From an uncultured Spirochaetota bacterium (GTDB lineage Bacteria > Spirochaetota > Spirochaetia > SZUA-6 > CAVTHK01): 64,000 nucleotides of DNA. The stretch is from NCBI GenBank assembly GCA_963734495.1, contig CAVTHK010000001.1:640001-704000 (forward strand), in the 5' to 3' direction. This document shows positions 1 through 13,449 of the stretch, in pieces. The position numbers were made by a program, and so were the translations under genes. The notes beneath the pieces were generated by a model, which saw nothing but the letters and a program-made list of their open reading frames with translations, had not been told where the DNA came from and did not search any database. Each line of letters starts with the position of its first letter. Position 1 is the stretch's first letter.

Positions 1-47
1 CGGGCGAGGTTTCGGCCCAGGACGCGCCGCCCGTGGCAAAGCCCGCT

Positions 48-1920
48 CTACAGCGCCCGGACCAGGAACCGGTTCAGGCGTCTTGCGAACTCGGCCGGGT
101 TGGGCAGCGGCACGCCCTCGATCAGCAGCGCCTGCTCGAACAGCAGCCTCGCGGCGTCCGCGATCACGGTCTCGTCGTCGACCCCCTCGAGCTTGCGCAC
201 GATCTCGTGGCCCGGGTTGATCTCGAGGATCGGCTTGACGTCGCCGATCCCTTCCTGCCCGAGAGCCTTGAAGATCTGCTGCTGCTTGACCGTCGGGTCG
301 GAGTCGTCGGTCACGATGCAGGACGGCGAATCCGAGAGCCGCACTGAGGCGCGCACGTCCTTGACCTCGTCGCCCAGCGCCTTCCGGATCCGCTCCAGCA
401 GGGGCCGGACCTCCCTGGCCCGCTCGCGGTCGCCTTCGGTCTTGAGGTCGTCCGCGGTCCCTGCGCGGTTGACGCTCTTGAGCTCGCTGTCCTTGTACTT
501 GCCGATCGCCGGCATCAGCAGCTCGTCGATCTCGTCCTCGAGCAGGAGCACTTCGATGCCCTTCGCGCGGTAGACCTCCAGCAGGGGCGAGGAGCGGAGG
601 CTCGCCTCGTGGTCGCCGGCGATAAAGTAGATCGCCTTCTGGTCGCCTTTCATCCGGCTCTTGTATTCCGCGAGGCTCGTCCAGCCCTCCTCTGTCGTCG
701 ACTTGAAGCGCAGCAGCTCCATGAGCTGGTCCCGGTTGGCGAAGTCCTGGTAGACGCCCTCCTTGAGGGGCTTGCGGAACTCGGCGTAGAGCTGCTCGTA
801 CCTGGGCCGGTCCTTTGCCGAGAGCTCGCCGAGCTCGTTGAGCACCCGCTTGACCGCTCCGTTGCGGATGTTCACCATCACGCGGTTCTGCTGGAGGATC
901 TCCCGGCTCACGTTGAGCGGAAGGTCCTCGCTGTCGATGACCCCCCGCAGGAAGCGCAGCCAGGCGGGCATCAGGTCCTTCGCGTCTTCGGTGATGAACA
1001 CGCGCTTGACGTACAGCTTGATGCCGGACTGGTAGTCCATCCGGTACAGGTCCCAGGGCGCCTTTTTCGGCACGTAGAACAGCGTCGTGTACTCGAGCGC
1101 GCCTTCGGCCTGGGTGTGGATCGTGAGCAGCGGATCGTCGTCGTCGCCGGTCAGGCTCTTGTAGAACTCGGCGTAGTCCTTTTCGGCGAGCTCCTTCTTG
1201 GGCCTCCGCCAGAACGCGCTCGCCGCGTTGATCTGCTCGCTCTTCCGCTCGGTCGTCTTGCGCGGCTTGTCGCCTTCACCGAGGCTCTTCCTCTTCGTAG
1301 TGGAGGTAGATGGGAAAGGCGATGTGATTGGAGTACTTCTTGACCAGGCTCTCGATCATCCAGCGGCTCGCGTACTGCTTGCCGTCGTCGTTGAGCGTGC
1401 AGGTGACCGTGGTGCCGTGGCTGTCGCGCACGGCCTCCTGCACCAGGTACTCGCCCTTGCCGTCGCTCACCCAGCGCCACGCCTTGTCCTCGCCGGCCTT
1501 GCGGGTGATGACCTCGATCTGGTCGCTCACCATGAAGGCCGAGTAGAAACCGACCCCGAACTGGCCGATGAGAGTCGCGTCTTTCTTCGCGTCGCCGCTC
1601 ATCTGCTCGACGAAACGCCTCGTCCCGGAGCTGGCGATGGTGCCGAGGTTCGCCACGAGGTCCTCTTCGTTCATCCCGATGCCGGTGTCGGAGATGGAGA
1701 GGGTGGTGTGGTCCTTCTGGTCGAAGCTCCAGTCGATGCGCGGGTCGAACGTGAGGCCCTTGTACCTGTCGTCGGTGAGGGTGAGGTAGCGCAGCTTGTC
1801 CAGCGCATCGGAAGCGTTGGAGACGAGCTCCCTGACGAAGATCTCCCGGTGCGAATAGAGGCTGTGGATGATGAGGTGAAGGAGCTGGTTCACCTCGGCC
1901 TGAAACTGGTGCTTTGACAT
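48..1920 (-). CDS. htpG: Hsp90 chaperone HtpG (one frame break near 1290)
   Basis: [71 protein letters not shown]; ORFs 1276..1977 and 48..1073 join if one base is removed. Confidence 0.95.
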
Positions 1921-2101
1921 GACGGCCTCCGAACGGACGGCTGCCCTGGCACACTCTCTGCGGCCGGGACGCCTCATGGGAAGGTAGCTGTTTGTCTCCC
2001 AATATACCTGCGCGAGCGACGCCCGAGAAGAGCCTCCCGGGAGCCGGCGCGCGCAGGGGCGCCGCCTCGCCGCCTCGCCGCCGTCGCGGAACCCCCGGCC
2101 G

Positions 2102-2920
2102 CTACTTGCGGGCGCTCTCCAGCCGCTCGAAGACGATCCGCTCGACCTCGTCCTTGCTCTTCTCGAGCGACAGCGACACCTCGTCGATGAGCAGCCGCAG
2201 CGCGCTGTCGAAGAGCTTGCGCTCGAGGATCGGCAGCTCCTTGATCTTGCTGCGGTGGTAGAGCGTGCGCACCACGGTGGCGATGTCGATGATGCTCCCG
2301 CTCTTCAGCAGGTCCAGGTTCATCTGGTAGCGCATCTTCCAGTCCGTCGGCACCGGCTCGTAGCTGTCGGAGATGAGCTTGAGCGCCTTGGCCGACTCCT
2401 TGCGCTCGACGATGGGCCGGATGCCGAGGCTGTCCGCCTTGTCCACGGGGACCATGACGGTCATGTCGGAGACTTCGATGTAGATGATGTAGTAGAGGAG
2501 CTTCTTGTCCAGGAACGGCCGCTCCTCGATGCGGAGCACCTGGCCCACGCCGTGCAGCGGGTAGACCACCTCCTGCTTGACCTGGTAGCGCAGCTTCTGT
2601 GCCGCGGCCTTGCCTTTGGCCGCCGGCCTGGCCGCCTGCTTGCCCGCCCTGGCGGCCGGTCTGGCGGCTGCGCTCTTTGCCGCGCCCTTCGCCGCCGGCT
2701 TCGTCGAGGCGGGCTTCCTGGCCGCGACGGCCGTGGCCGGCTTCCTGCTGATCGTTGCTGTCTTCTTTGCTGTCATGCTGGGCGGTTTCTTCGAGACGCT
2801 CCCTGATGTCTTTCGTTTCGAGGCAGCACTTTTTGGCGGTTTCTTTGCCGGCTTGGCGGGCGCCCTGGATCGGGCAGCCCTGCTGGCGCTCCTGGGAGCG
2901 CGCGGTTTTGCCTTTGCCAT
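2102..2920 (-). CDS. carD: CarD-family RNA polymerase-binding regulator with Lys/Ala/Pro-rich N-terminal extension
   Basis: VVYPLHGVGQV...MTVMVPVDKADSLGIRP, conserved Trp in DWKMRY, LPILERKLF; first ~108 aa are low-complexity and basic. Confidence 0.88.
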   Translation of the reverse strand: MAKAKPRAPRSASRAARSRAPAKPAKKPPKSAASKRKTSGSVSKKPPSMTAKKTATISRKPATAVAARKPASTKPAAKGAAKSAAARPAARAGKQAARPAAKGKAAAQKLRYQVKQEVVYPLHGVGQVLRIEERPFLDKKLLYYIIYIEVSDMTVMVPVDKADSLGIRPIVERKESAKALKLISDSYEPVPTDWKMRYQMNLDLLKSGSIIDIATVVRTLYHRSKIKELPILERKLFDSALRLLIDEVSLSLEKSKDEVERIVFERLESARK

Positions 2921-2928
2921 CGGCGCGC

Positions 2929-2957
2929 ACTATAACACGGGCCTGCCGGGCCGTCAA
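2929..2957 (-). promoter_or_regulatory. sigma70 promoter of carD (leaderless-type)
   Basis: TTGACG-N17-TATAGT with extended TG, 8 nt before the ATG. Confidence 0.75.
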
Positions 2958-3065
2958 AGCAGGCGGCTGAGCAAGGCGGTGCCGCGCCATCGCGAGCGCC
3001 CGGAAAGCTCGGCCGTCCGCCGCGCGCGGCCGGCAATGCGGCGCACGTCGAATCAACGGCCGCCG

Positions 3066-3106
3066 AAAAACCGCCGGTCCCGCGCTTTCGCGCGCAGGAC
3101 CGGCGG
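3066..3106 (-). terminator. Intrinsic terminator after gap
   Basis: CCGCCGGTCC...GGACCGGCGG stem followed by U5 on the minus strand. Confidence 0.7.
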
Positions 3107-3134
3107 CCACATAACCTTCAGGAGACGGGCGGTT

Positions 3135-4235
<1,101 letters not shown>

Positions 4236-4381
4236 TCAGGCGACTGCGCTGCTGATGCGCGGGAACGCGAAAGTCGCTCGCATTATACCGATCTGAGCGA
4301 CCTTGTACAGAGGAACGACGAGGTTGAAGGCGGACTTCGGCCGCCCGCGCGCGAAGCGGAGGCGCACGCGCCGCGGCTCGC

Positions 4382-5566
4382 CTACGGCACGAAGCCGATC
4401 CCCCCGAGGAACGACACGACCAGGTGCTTGGGGGTGCTGGTGCTGTCATCCAGCCAGGAGGCGAACCCGAGGCCCATGCGCATCTCGAGGTTGACGACCG
4501 TTTTCCTGCCCGCCGGTATGTCCACCCCGAAGTCGAACAGCGCGCCGTAGTCGAAGGTGTTCAGGCTGCGCACGTCAGCTATGTTGGGCGTGGAGTTGAG
4601 CGAGGTCTTGGTGGCGTACTCGATCGAGACGGTGCCGTCGAGATAGAACGCCATGTAGAGACCGATGCCGAGGTACAGCGGGCTGGTCCGCGCCATGTAC
4701 AGCTTCGCGATCAGCGGAAGCTCGAGGTAGTTGAAGGTCCACACGTTGTGGACATTGTCCAGGTTGACGGTATCGTAGAAGTCGTAGTCGTAGCCCTTCT
4801 GAGCGTAGAACAGGTCGAGCTCGACCCCGACGTCGGCTGCGCGGACCATCAGGTAGGCTCCGCCCGCGAACCGCACGCCAGGAGTCGTGTCCGACCAGCC
4901 GTCGTCCCCGTACGCGTCGGCCAGGTTGACCCCGGCCTTGATGCCCAGAAACACGCCGGGCATCTCGGCGTCGGCGGCGGCCGGCTGCGGGGCGGGCTGC
5001 GGCTGCCGGGGCTGCGGAGCAGGCTGCTGCGGAGCCTGCGCCGGCTGCTGCGGGGCCACACGCTGCCGGCCCCCGAGCCGCTGCTCGTCGAGGGTCTCGA
5101 CGACGCCGCCGGCGAGCTTGATGCCGACCGCGTTCGCGATCCCGAGCAGGATCGCGATTCGCCCCTCGCGCTCCACCGAAGCCTGCGCCTTGATCGCCCC
5201 CGTCTTGACGTCGATCATGCGCGCGGAGACGAAATAGGTGGTCTCGATCTGGGCCGCCCGCGCGGCCACGACGAAATCGGCACCGAGGTATTCTCCGGCC
5301 CTGCGGATCTCTTCGGTCTTGACGAGTCCGGAGAGCTGGAACTCCTTCTCCTTGAGGACGAGATGCGCGCTGGCCCGGTCGAGGACCGTGTACTTGCCCG
5401 AGTTGACCAGGGCCTCGGAGATCTTGTCCGCGATCGCGATGGACACCCCGGGATCCATGTCGTCTTCGATCACGGCGTCCAGGACGGCAACCTGCGGGAG
5501 AGCGGACGCAAGCGCGCATGCGCATACCAGCACAGTGGCTACGAAAGCGTATTTTCGCGTTTTCAT
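4382..5566 (-). CDS. Secreted protein: CsgG/TolB_N-like domain, Gln/Pro linker, outer-membrane beta-barrel
   Basis: Signal peptide; ALVNSGKYTVLDR...GEYLGADFVV...SARMIDVKTG; QQPAQAPQQP linker; GIKAGVNLA...YLELPLIAKL amphipathic strands. Confidence 0.6.
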   Translation of the reverse strand: MKTRKYAFVATVLVCACALASALPQVAVLDAVIEDDMDPGVSIAIADKISEALVNSGKYTVLDRASAHLVLKEKEFQLSGLVKTEEIRRAGEYLGADFVVAARAAQIETTYFVSARMIDVKTGAIKAQASVEREGRIAILLGIANAVGIKLAGGVVETLDEQRLGGRQRVAPQQPAQAPQQPAPQPRQPQPAPQPAAADAEMPGVFLGIKAGVNLADAYGDDGWSDTTPGVRFAGGAYLMVRAADVGVELDLFYAQKGYDYDFYDTVNLDNVHNVWTFNYLELPLIAKLYMARTSPLYLGIGLYMAFYLDGTVSIEYATKTSLNSTPNIADVRSLNTFDYGALFDFGVDIPAGRKTVVNLEMRMGLGFASWLDDSTSTPKHLVVSFLGGIGFVP

Positions 5567-5580
5567 GGGATTCGAGAGGG

Positions 5581-5608
5581 ATTATACCCCGCTCCGCACG
5601 TCGGTCAA
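5581..5608 (-). promoter_or_regulatory. sigma70 promoter of the 5566 gene
   Basis: TTGACC-N16-TATAAT. Confidence 0.6.
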
Positions 5609-5720
5609 GGCTATCAGGCGATTAACTGCTTCTGCCGTGGAGCTTTGCTGACAAAGACGATCAGATTTTGCCCCTTAGGGTCGATGGCCCATATGGCGCA
5701 AACGTAGTAAGTTCCGCCCC

Positions 5721-6440
5721 ATGGCGGAGACCAATCCCGCGCGCGGTGAGAAGACAGGTCCGTCCGGCGGGAGCCGAAAACGGCCCAGCCTGCTCAAGGC
5801 GATCCTGCTGCCGCTCTTCCTCGTGGCGATCGTGGTGGTCGGCTTTGCCCTCCGCGACAGCCTCTGGAAGCTGATCAGCTCGCCCGAGAGCGTGCGCGAG
5901 TGGGTCGCACAGTCCGGAGCCGCCGCGCCGCTCGTCTTCTTCGGCCTCCAGATCCTGCAGGTCGTCGTCTTCGTGATCCCCGGCGAGACGTTCCAGATCG
6001 CGGGCGGCTACCTCTTCGGGTTCTGGGGCGGGCTCGCGCTCACCCTCACGGGCATCACCGTCGGTTCGGCCGTCAACTTCTGGGCGGCCCGCATCCTTGG
6101 AAAGCCGCTCCTCGAGCGGCTCTTCCCCAGGGAGCAGATCGACCGCCTGGACGCGATCGCCCAGGGGTCGAGGGCGCAGGTGGCGTTCTTCCTGCTCTTC
6201 GTCATCCCCGGCATCCCCAAGGACATCCTGTGCTACGCAGCCGGGCTCTCGCCGATGCGTTTCCCCTTCTTCCTCGCGGTCTCGATCCTCGGCCGGATTC
6301 CCGGCATCGTGGGCAGCACGCTCATGGGGAGCTCGGCGGCGAAGCAGAACTGGGTCCTGTCGGCGATCCTGCTCGGCGGTTCGATCGTCCTCTTTGCCGT
6401 CGGCTACCTGGCGCGCGACCGCGTGCAGCGACTGGATTGA
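5721..6440 (+). CDS. TVP38/TMEM64 (VTT/DedA-like) membrane protein; true end may be 6468 if there is an indel near 6430
   Basis: LQILQVVVFVIPGE...GGYLFG, LLFVIPGIPKDILCYAAGLS, GRIPG. Confidence 0.85.
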   Translation: MAETNPARGEKTGPSGGSRKRPSLLKAILLPLFLVAIVVVGFALRDSLWKLISSPESVREWVAQSGAAAPLVFFGLQILQVVVFVIPGETFQIAGGYLFGFWGGLALTLTGITVGSAVNFWAARILGKPLLERLFPREQIDRLDAIAQGSRAQVAFFLLFVIPGIPKDILCYAAGLSPMRFPFFLAVSILGRIPGIVGSTLMGSSAAKQNWVLSAILLGGSIVLFAVGYLARDRVQRLD

Positions 6441-6464
6441 CAGGCTGACGCACCGGCCAGGAAA

Positions 6465-7898
6465 ATGAAGGCGATGGACAACACACCCCGCATCAAAGAG
6501 GTTCTGGCTGCCGGGGCCGGACCCGCGCCGAGCGAGGCCGGCGCGGGCGGTCGCGCGATCGGCGTCCGCGGCTGGATCCGCACGCGCCGCGACTCCAAGG
6601 ACCTCTGCTTCGTCGAGGTCAACGACGGCTCCTCCCTGGCCAACCTGCAGGTCGTGGCGTCGAGGGAGGAGCTCTCCGGCTACGACGGGATCGTCCCGCG
6701 CCTGACCACGGGGGCCAGCCTGGAGGTCGAGGGCCGCCTCGTCCCGTCGCCCGGCAAGGGGCAGTCGGTCGAGCTGCGGGCCGCCCGCATCCGCATTCTC
6801 GGCGACGCGCCGGCCGCGGAGTACCCGCTTCAGAAGAAGCGCCACACCTTCGAGTACCTGCGCGAGATCGCGCACCTCAGGCCGCGGACCAACACCTTCG
6901 GCGCCGTGGCCCGGGTGCGCAACGCGCTGAGCTTTGCCGTGCACGAGTTCTTCCAGAGCCGCGGCTTCCTCTACATCCACACGCCGCTCATCACCGCGCA
7001 GCGACGCCGAGGGCGCGGGCGCCATGTTCCAGGTGACCACGCTTCCCCTCGCGGACGTCCCGAAGGCCGACGGGGGCGTCGACTACACGCAGGATTTTTT
7101 CGGCAAGGCGCGCGGCGCTCACGGTGAGCGGCCAGCTCGAGGCCGAGATCTACGCCACCTCCCTCGGCAGCGTGTACACCTTCGGCCCGACGTTCCGCGC
7201 CGAGCACTCGAGCACGGTGCGCCACCTCGCCGAGTTCTGGATGATCGAGCCGGAGGTGGCCTTCTGCGACATCCGCGGGAACATGGACCTGGCCGAGGAG
7301 TTCCTCAAGTCGATCTTTTCCAGCGGTGCTCGAGCGCTGCGCCGAGGACATGGAGTTCTTCGTCCAGCGGGTCGACGGCGCGGTAGTCGACACGCTCCGC
7401 CGCATCATCGACAGCGACTTCGCCCGCATGACCTACACCGAAGCGATCGAGCGCCTGGAAAAGTCCGGCCGGCAGTTCGAGTACCCGGTCTCGTGGGGGA
7501 TCGACCTGCAGTCGGAGCACGAGCGCTACCTCACCGAGGAGCTGCTCAGGAAGCCCGTGATCCTCACCGACTACCCGAAAGAGATCAAGGCCTTCTACAT
7601 GAAGGCCAACGACGACGGCCGCACGGTGCGCGCGATGGACGTGCTCGTGCCCCGGCTCGGCGAGATCATCGGCGGAAGCCAGCGCGAGGACGACCACGAT
7701 CGCCTCGCGGCCCGGATCGACGAGCTGGGCTTCCCGCGCAAGGACTACTGGTGGTACCTCGAGCTGCGGCGCTTCGGGACCGTGCCGCACTCCGGGTTCG
7801 GGCTCGGCTTCGAGCGGCTCATCCAGTTCGTCACGGGGATGAAGAACATCCGCGACGTGATCCCCTTTCCGCGGGCCTGGAAGGAGATCGAGTTCTAG
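6465..7898 (+). CDS. asnS: Asparagine--tRNA ligase (frame breaks near 6998, 7112, 7320)
   Basis: GWIRTRR OB-fold, [46 protein letters not shown] across four pieces. Confidence 0.93.
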
Positions 7899-8045
7899 AG
7901 GTCGCCTGCAGGCGCCGCGTGACCCTTGCCGGGCCGCGCGCACTCGTGCTACGTTGGGCCGACTTCGCCCGCGGGCTCCCACTGACAGCAGAAAAAGAGC
8001 CGCATCGGTCGCTCTCGAGCGAGGGCAGCGGGGGCGTATTCGACG

Positions 8046-9830
8046 ATGGACCCCTTTAGAACCCACACCTGCGGCGAGCTCACCCGCGAGCAGCTCGGCC
8101 GTCGCGTACGCCTCGCGGGCTGGCTGCACAACAGGCGCGACCACGGCGGCGTGCTGTTCGTCGACCTCCGCGACCACTACGGCCTGACCCAGGTCGTCGT
8201 CTACGCGGACTCCGGCATCCAGGAGGCGGTCGGCCACCTCCACAAGGAGACCGTCGTCCAGTTCGAGGGAACGGTCGTCCCCCGCTCGCCGGAGACGATC
8301 AACCCGAAGCTGGCCACGGGCGAGATCGAGGTGCGCGCGGACCGCTGCGAGGTGCTCGGGCCCTGCGACACGCTCCCCTTCAGCGTATTTCCTGAAGAAG
8401 ACGCCCCGGAGGAGACGCGGCTCAAGTACCGCTTCCTCGACCTCCGCCACGGGAGGCTGCACAACAACATCGTGCTGCGCTCGCGCGTCGTGTCGAGCCT
8501 GCGCCGGCGCATGACCGAAGAGGGATTCCTCGAGATCCAGACCCCGATCCTCACCGCCTCCAGCCCGGAGGGCGCCCGCGACTTCCTGGTGCCTTCGCGC
8601 CTGCACCCCGGCTGCTTCTACGCCCTGCCCCAGGCGCCGCAGCAGTACAAGCAGCTGCTGATGGCGTCGGGCTTCGACCGGTACTTCCAGATCGCGCCCT
8701 GCTTCCGGGACGAGGACGCGAGGGCCAACCGGTCGCCGGGCGAGTTCTACCAGCTCGACATGGAGATGGCGTTCGCCACCCAGGACGAGATCTTCGCGGT
8801 CGTCGAACGCGTGATTCCCGAAGTCTTCAAGGAGTTCTCGGACCGGGAAATCACGCCGGCACCGTTTCCCCGGATCCCCTATGCCGAGGCGATGGTCAGC
8901 TTCGGCAGCGACAAGCCGGACCTGCGCAACCCGATCCGCATGGTCGACGTGTCCTCGGTGTTCGCCTCCGCGGGGTTCGCGCCGTTCCGCTCGATCATCG
9001 AGAAGAACGGCGTCGTGCGCGGCATTCCTGTCAAGGCCATCGAAGGCCAGCCGCGGAGCTTCTTCGACCGCATGGTCGCCTTTGCCCAGCAGCTCGGCTC
9101 GCAGGGGCTCGCCTACCTGTCCTGGTCGTCCGGCGGGGCGGTCAAGGGCCCGCTGGTCAAGCACCTGAGCGAGCCGCAGCTCGCCGAGCTCGTGTCCCTG
9201 TGCGGGGTCGGGTCGGGCGACGTCGTGTTCTTCGTGGCCAACGCCCGCGGAGAGGCGGAACGGATCTCGGGCGAGCTGCGCACGCGGCTCGGGGAGGAGC
9301 TGGGCCTGGTCGAGAAGCGGTGCTATCGCTTCTGCTGGATCGTCGACTACCCGATGTACCAGTACGGCGACGACCACAAGGGCATCGAGTTCTCGCACAA
9401 CCCCTTCTCCATGCCGCAGGGAGGCATGGAGGCGCTCGAGTCCAAGGACCCGCTCGCGATCCTCGCCTGGCAGTACGACCTGGTCTGCAACGGGGTCGAG
9501 CTGTCCAGCGGCGCCATCCGCAACCACAGGCCCGACATCATGTACCGGGCCTTCGAGATCGGCGGCTACACGCGCGAAGAGGTGGACCGGGACTTCGGCG
9601 CCATGATCAACGCCTTCAAGCTCGGGGCGCCGCCGCACGGCGGCCTCGCGCCGGGCGTGGACCGCATGGTCATGCTCATCGCCGACGAGCCGAACATCCG
9701 CGAGGTGACCGCCTTTCCCATGAACCAGAAGGCGCAGGATCTCATGATGAACGCTCCGCGGCCCGTCTCGGAAAAGCAGCTCCGGGAGCTGCACATCCGC
9801 GTCACCGCCCCCCCGAAAACGGGCCCGTAG
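8046..9830 (+). CDS. aspS: Aspartate--tRNA ligase, probably non-discriminating (Asp/Asn)
   Basis: [39 protein letters not shown]. Confidence 0.96.
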   Translation: MDPFRTHTCGELTREQLGRRVRLAGWLHNRRDHGGVLFVDLRDHYGLTQVVVYADSGIQEAVGHLHKETVVQFEGTVVPRSPETINPKLATGEIEVRADRCEVLGPCDTLPFSVFPEEDAPEETRLKYRFLDLRHGRLHNNIVLRSRVVSSLRRRMTEEGFLEIQTPILTASSPEGARDFLVPSRLHPGCFYALPQAPQQYKQLLMASGFDRYFQIAPCFRDEDARANRSPGEFYQLDMEMAFATQDEIFAVVERVIPEVFKEFSDREITPAPFPRIPYAEAMVSFGSDKPDLRNPIRMVDVSSVFASAGFAPFRSIIEKNGVVRGIPVKAIEGQPRSFFDRMVAFAQQLGSQGLAYLSWSSGGAVKGPLVKHLSEPQLAELVSLCGVGSGDVVFFVANARGEAERISGELRTRLGEELGLVEKRCYRFCWIVDYPMYQYGDDHKGIEFSHNPFSMPQGGMEALESKDPLAILAWQYDLVCNGVELSSGAIRNHRPDIMYRAFEIGGYTREEVDRDFGAMINAFKLGAPPHGGLAPGVDRMVMLIADEPNIREVTAFPMNQKAQDLMMNAPRPVSEKQLRELHIRVTAPPKTGP

Positions 9831-9934
9831 AGGGACGGGCCGCCCCGCGCCTGCGTCGACGCCACGCCCCGGCGCCGCGGTGCGCCATCGCCCCGCCCTG
9901 TGCCACGCTGTCCCGCCCCCCCGCCCTGCCGTCG

Positions 9935-9963
9935 TTGACGCCAAATCGCTATTCCATTAGTGT
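9935..9963 (+). promoter_or_regulatory. sigma70 promoter of gatCAB (leaderless-type)
   Basis: TTGACG-N17-TAGTGT, 7 nt before the gatC ATG, no Shine-Dalgarno. Confidence 0.65.
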
Positions 9964-9970
9964 GCCGCCG

Positions 9971-10270
9971 ATGAGCTCGGACCTGAGCGAGGACACGATC
10001 CGGCACGTCGCGCGCCTGGCGCGCATCGAGCTCGCCGGCGACGAGGCGGCGAGCCTGGTCGGTCCCTTCGCCACGATCCTCGCCTATTTCGACAAGCTCA
10101 ACGAGCTGGACACCTCGAAGGTCGAGCCGCTCACGCGCGCCGTCGACCTCCACAGCGTGATGGCCGCCGACGAGCCGGGCCCCTGCCTCTCCACCGAAGA
10201 GGCCCTCGCCGCGGCGCCGGACCGCGACGGAAGCTTCTTCAAGGTGCCCAAGGTTCTCGGAGACAGCTAG
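9971..10270 (+). CDS. gatC: Asp/Glu-tRNA amidotransferase subunit C
   Basis: [12 protein letters not shown]...[11 protein letters not shown]...FFKVPKVL; lies directly before gatA. Confidence 0.93.
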   Translation: MSSDLSEDTIRHVARLARIELAGDEAASLVGPFATILAYFDKLNELDTSKVEPLTRAVDLHSVMAADEPGPCLSTEEALAAAPDRDGSFFKVPKVLGDS

Positions 10271-10276
10271 CGAGCC

Positions 10277-11781
<1,505 letters not shown>

Positions 11782-11785
<4 letters not shown>

Positions 11786-13271
11786 GCCCTCAGGCGAGCG
11801 ACCGGGTCCTGCCTGTGGTCGGGCTGGAGATCCACGTCCAGCTCGCGACCCGGACCAAGATGTTCTGCCGCTGCCCCAACCGTTTCGGCGACCCGCCCAA
11901 CAGCAACGTCTGCCCGGTCTGCCTGGGCCTGCCCGGCGTCGCTGCCGGTGATGAACAGGGCAGGCCGTCGAGCAGGCCATCCGCGTCGGCCTGGCCCTCG
12001 GCTGCCGGATCGCGCCGGTCACCAAGTGGGACCGCAAGAGCTACTACTACCCCGACCTGCCCAAGAACTACCAGATCAGCCAGTACGACCTGCCGCTCGC
12101 CTCGGGCGGGGCGCTGGAGATCGCGCGCTCCGACGGCGGCGACGGACCGAAGCGCGTGCGCATCCGCCGGGCCCACCTCGAGGAGGACGCCGGCAAGAAC
12201 GTGCACGACCACCCGACCCACACCGGCGTCGACCTGAACCGCGCCGGCACCGCCCTGCTGGAGATCGTCACCGAGCCCGACCTGAACGCGGTCTCCGAGG
12301 TCATGGAGCTCGCCCGGACGCTGCAGCGGCTGGTCCGGTGGCTCGGCGCCAGCGAGGCCAACATGCAGATGGGCCAGATGCGCTTCGAGCCGAACGTCAA
12401 CCTGCGCATCGAGCGGGCCGGACGGACGTTCACGACGCCCATCGTCGAGGTCAAGAACCTCAACAGCTTCCGCGCCCTCGAGGGGGCGGTCGCCTACGAG
12501 ATCGAGCGCCAGCGCGAGGAGTGGCTCGACGACCCCGAGGGCTTCCTCCTGGAGCGCCTGGGCAAGCAGAACCGCGGCTTCGACGCCGAGCGGGGCGAGA
12601 CGGTCTTCCAGCGGGAAAAGGAAGAGGCCCACGACTACCGCTACTTCCCCGACCCCGACCTGGTGCCGCTGCGGATCCCCGAGGCGTGGGCGGCCGGGAT
12701 CGGCGGCTCGATCGGAGAGCTGCCCTGGCAGCGCCAGCGGCGCTACCTCGAGCGGCACGGGCTGTCCGCCCGCAACGCCGAGGCGCTGACGCAGGACCGG
12801 CCGAGCTCGGACCTGTTCGACGCGGCAGTCGCCGCGGGCGCGGACCCGGCGCGGCTTGCGAACCTGCTCGTCGGCAAGGGGGCGGCGCTCGCGAACCAGC
12901 GGGGCTGCACTCTGGCCGAGCTCGGGCTCGCGGCCGACCGGCTGGCCGCCTTGACCGGCCTCCTCGGCGCCTCGAAGATCACGGCGACTTCCGCTGCGCG
13001 GCTGCTGGAGCTGCTCCTCTCCGACGCGCGCCCGGTCGAGGAGATCGCGCGGGCCGAAGGCCTCCTCCTGCAGACCGACCCGGACGCGGTCCGCCGCTGG
13101 GTCGAAGAAGCGCTCGCCGCCAACCCGCAGGCGAAGGACGACGTGGTGGCCGGCGGGAAGAAGCAGGCCAAGGCGCTCGGCTTCCTCGTCGGGCAGGTGA
13201 TGCAGCGCTCACGCGGCGCGGCGCCCCCCCAGGAGGTCCAGCGCCTGCTCCGGGAGCTGCTCGGGCTCTAG
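11782..13271 (+). CDS. gatB: Asp/Glu-tRNA amidotransferase subunit B (breaks near 11940 and 11960)
   Basis: [59 protein letters not shown]. Confidence 0.94.
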
Positions 13272-13352
13272 GGCCATCTCGAGCCCTCTGGAGCCGGCGC
13301 CGGGCCTGGCTGGCCTGCATCTGGCGCCCGGGCAGGCTCCGCATTCGTAAAC

Positions 13353-13382
13353 TTGACAACCCGGGGAAACGGCCGCTATATT
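13353..13382 (+). promoter_or_regulatory. sigma70 promoter of the GH63-like gene
   Basis: TTGACA-N18-TATATT. Confidence 0.65.
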
Positions 13383-13449
13383 CTAGCCGTCCCGTTCGTT
13401 GATGTATCCCCCGTCCAGGTTGTAACTTAGAAACTCGAGGAATATCTCT

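Noticed and set aside
1946-1961. TGGCAC-N5-CTGC sigma54-like site or CIRCE half-site near the htpG start
   Set aside because: Wrong strand for htpG as a sigma54 promoter, and no second CIRCE arm.
7305-9944. Long antisense and alternate-frame ORFs (also 2610..4550, 26822..28987, 59374..61044 and others)
   Set aside because: Shadow ORFs expected from high GC3 codon bias; they overlap well-supported genes and have no motifs.
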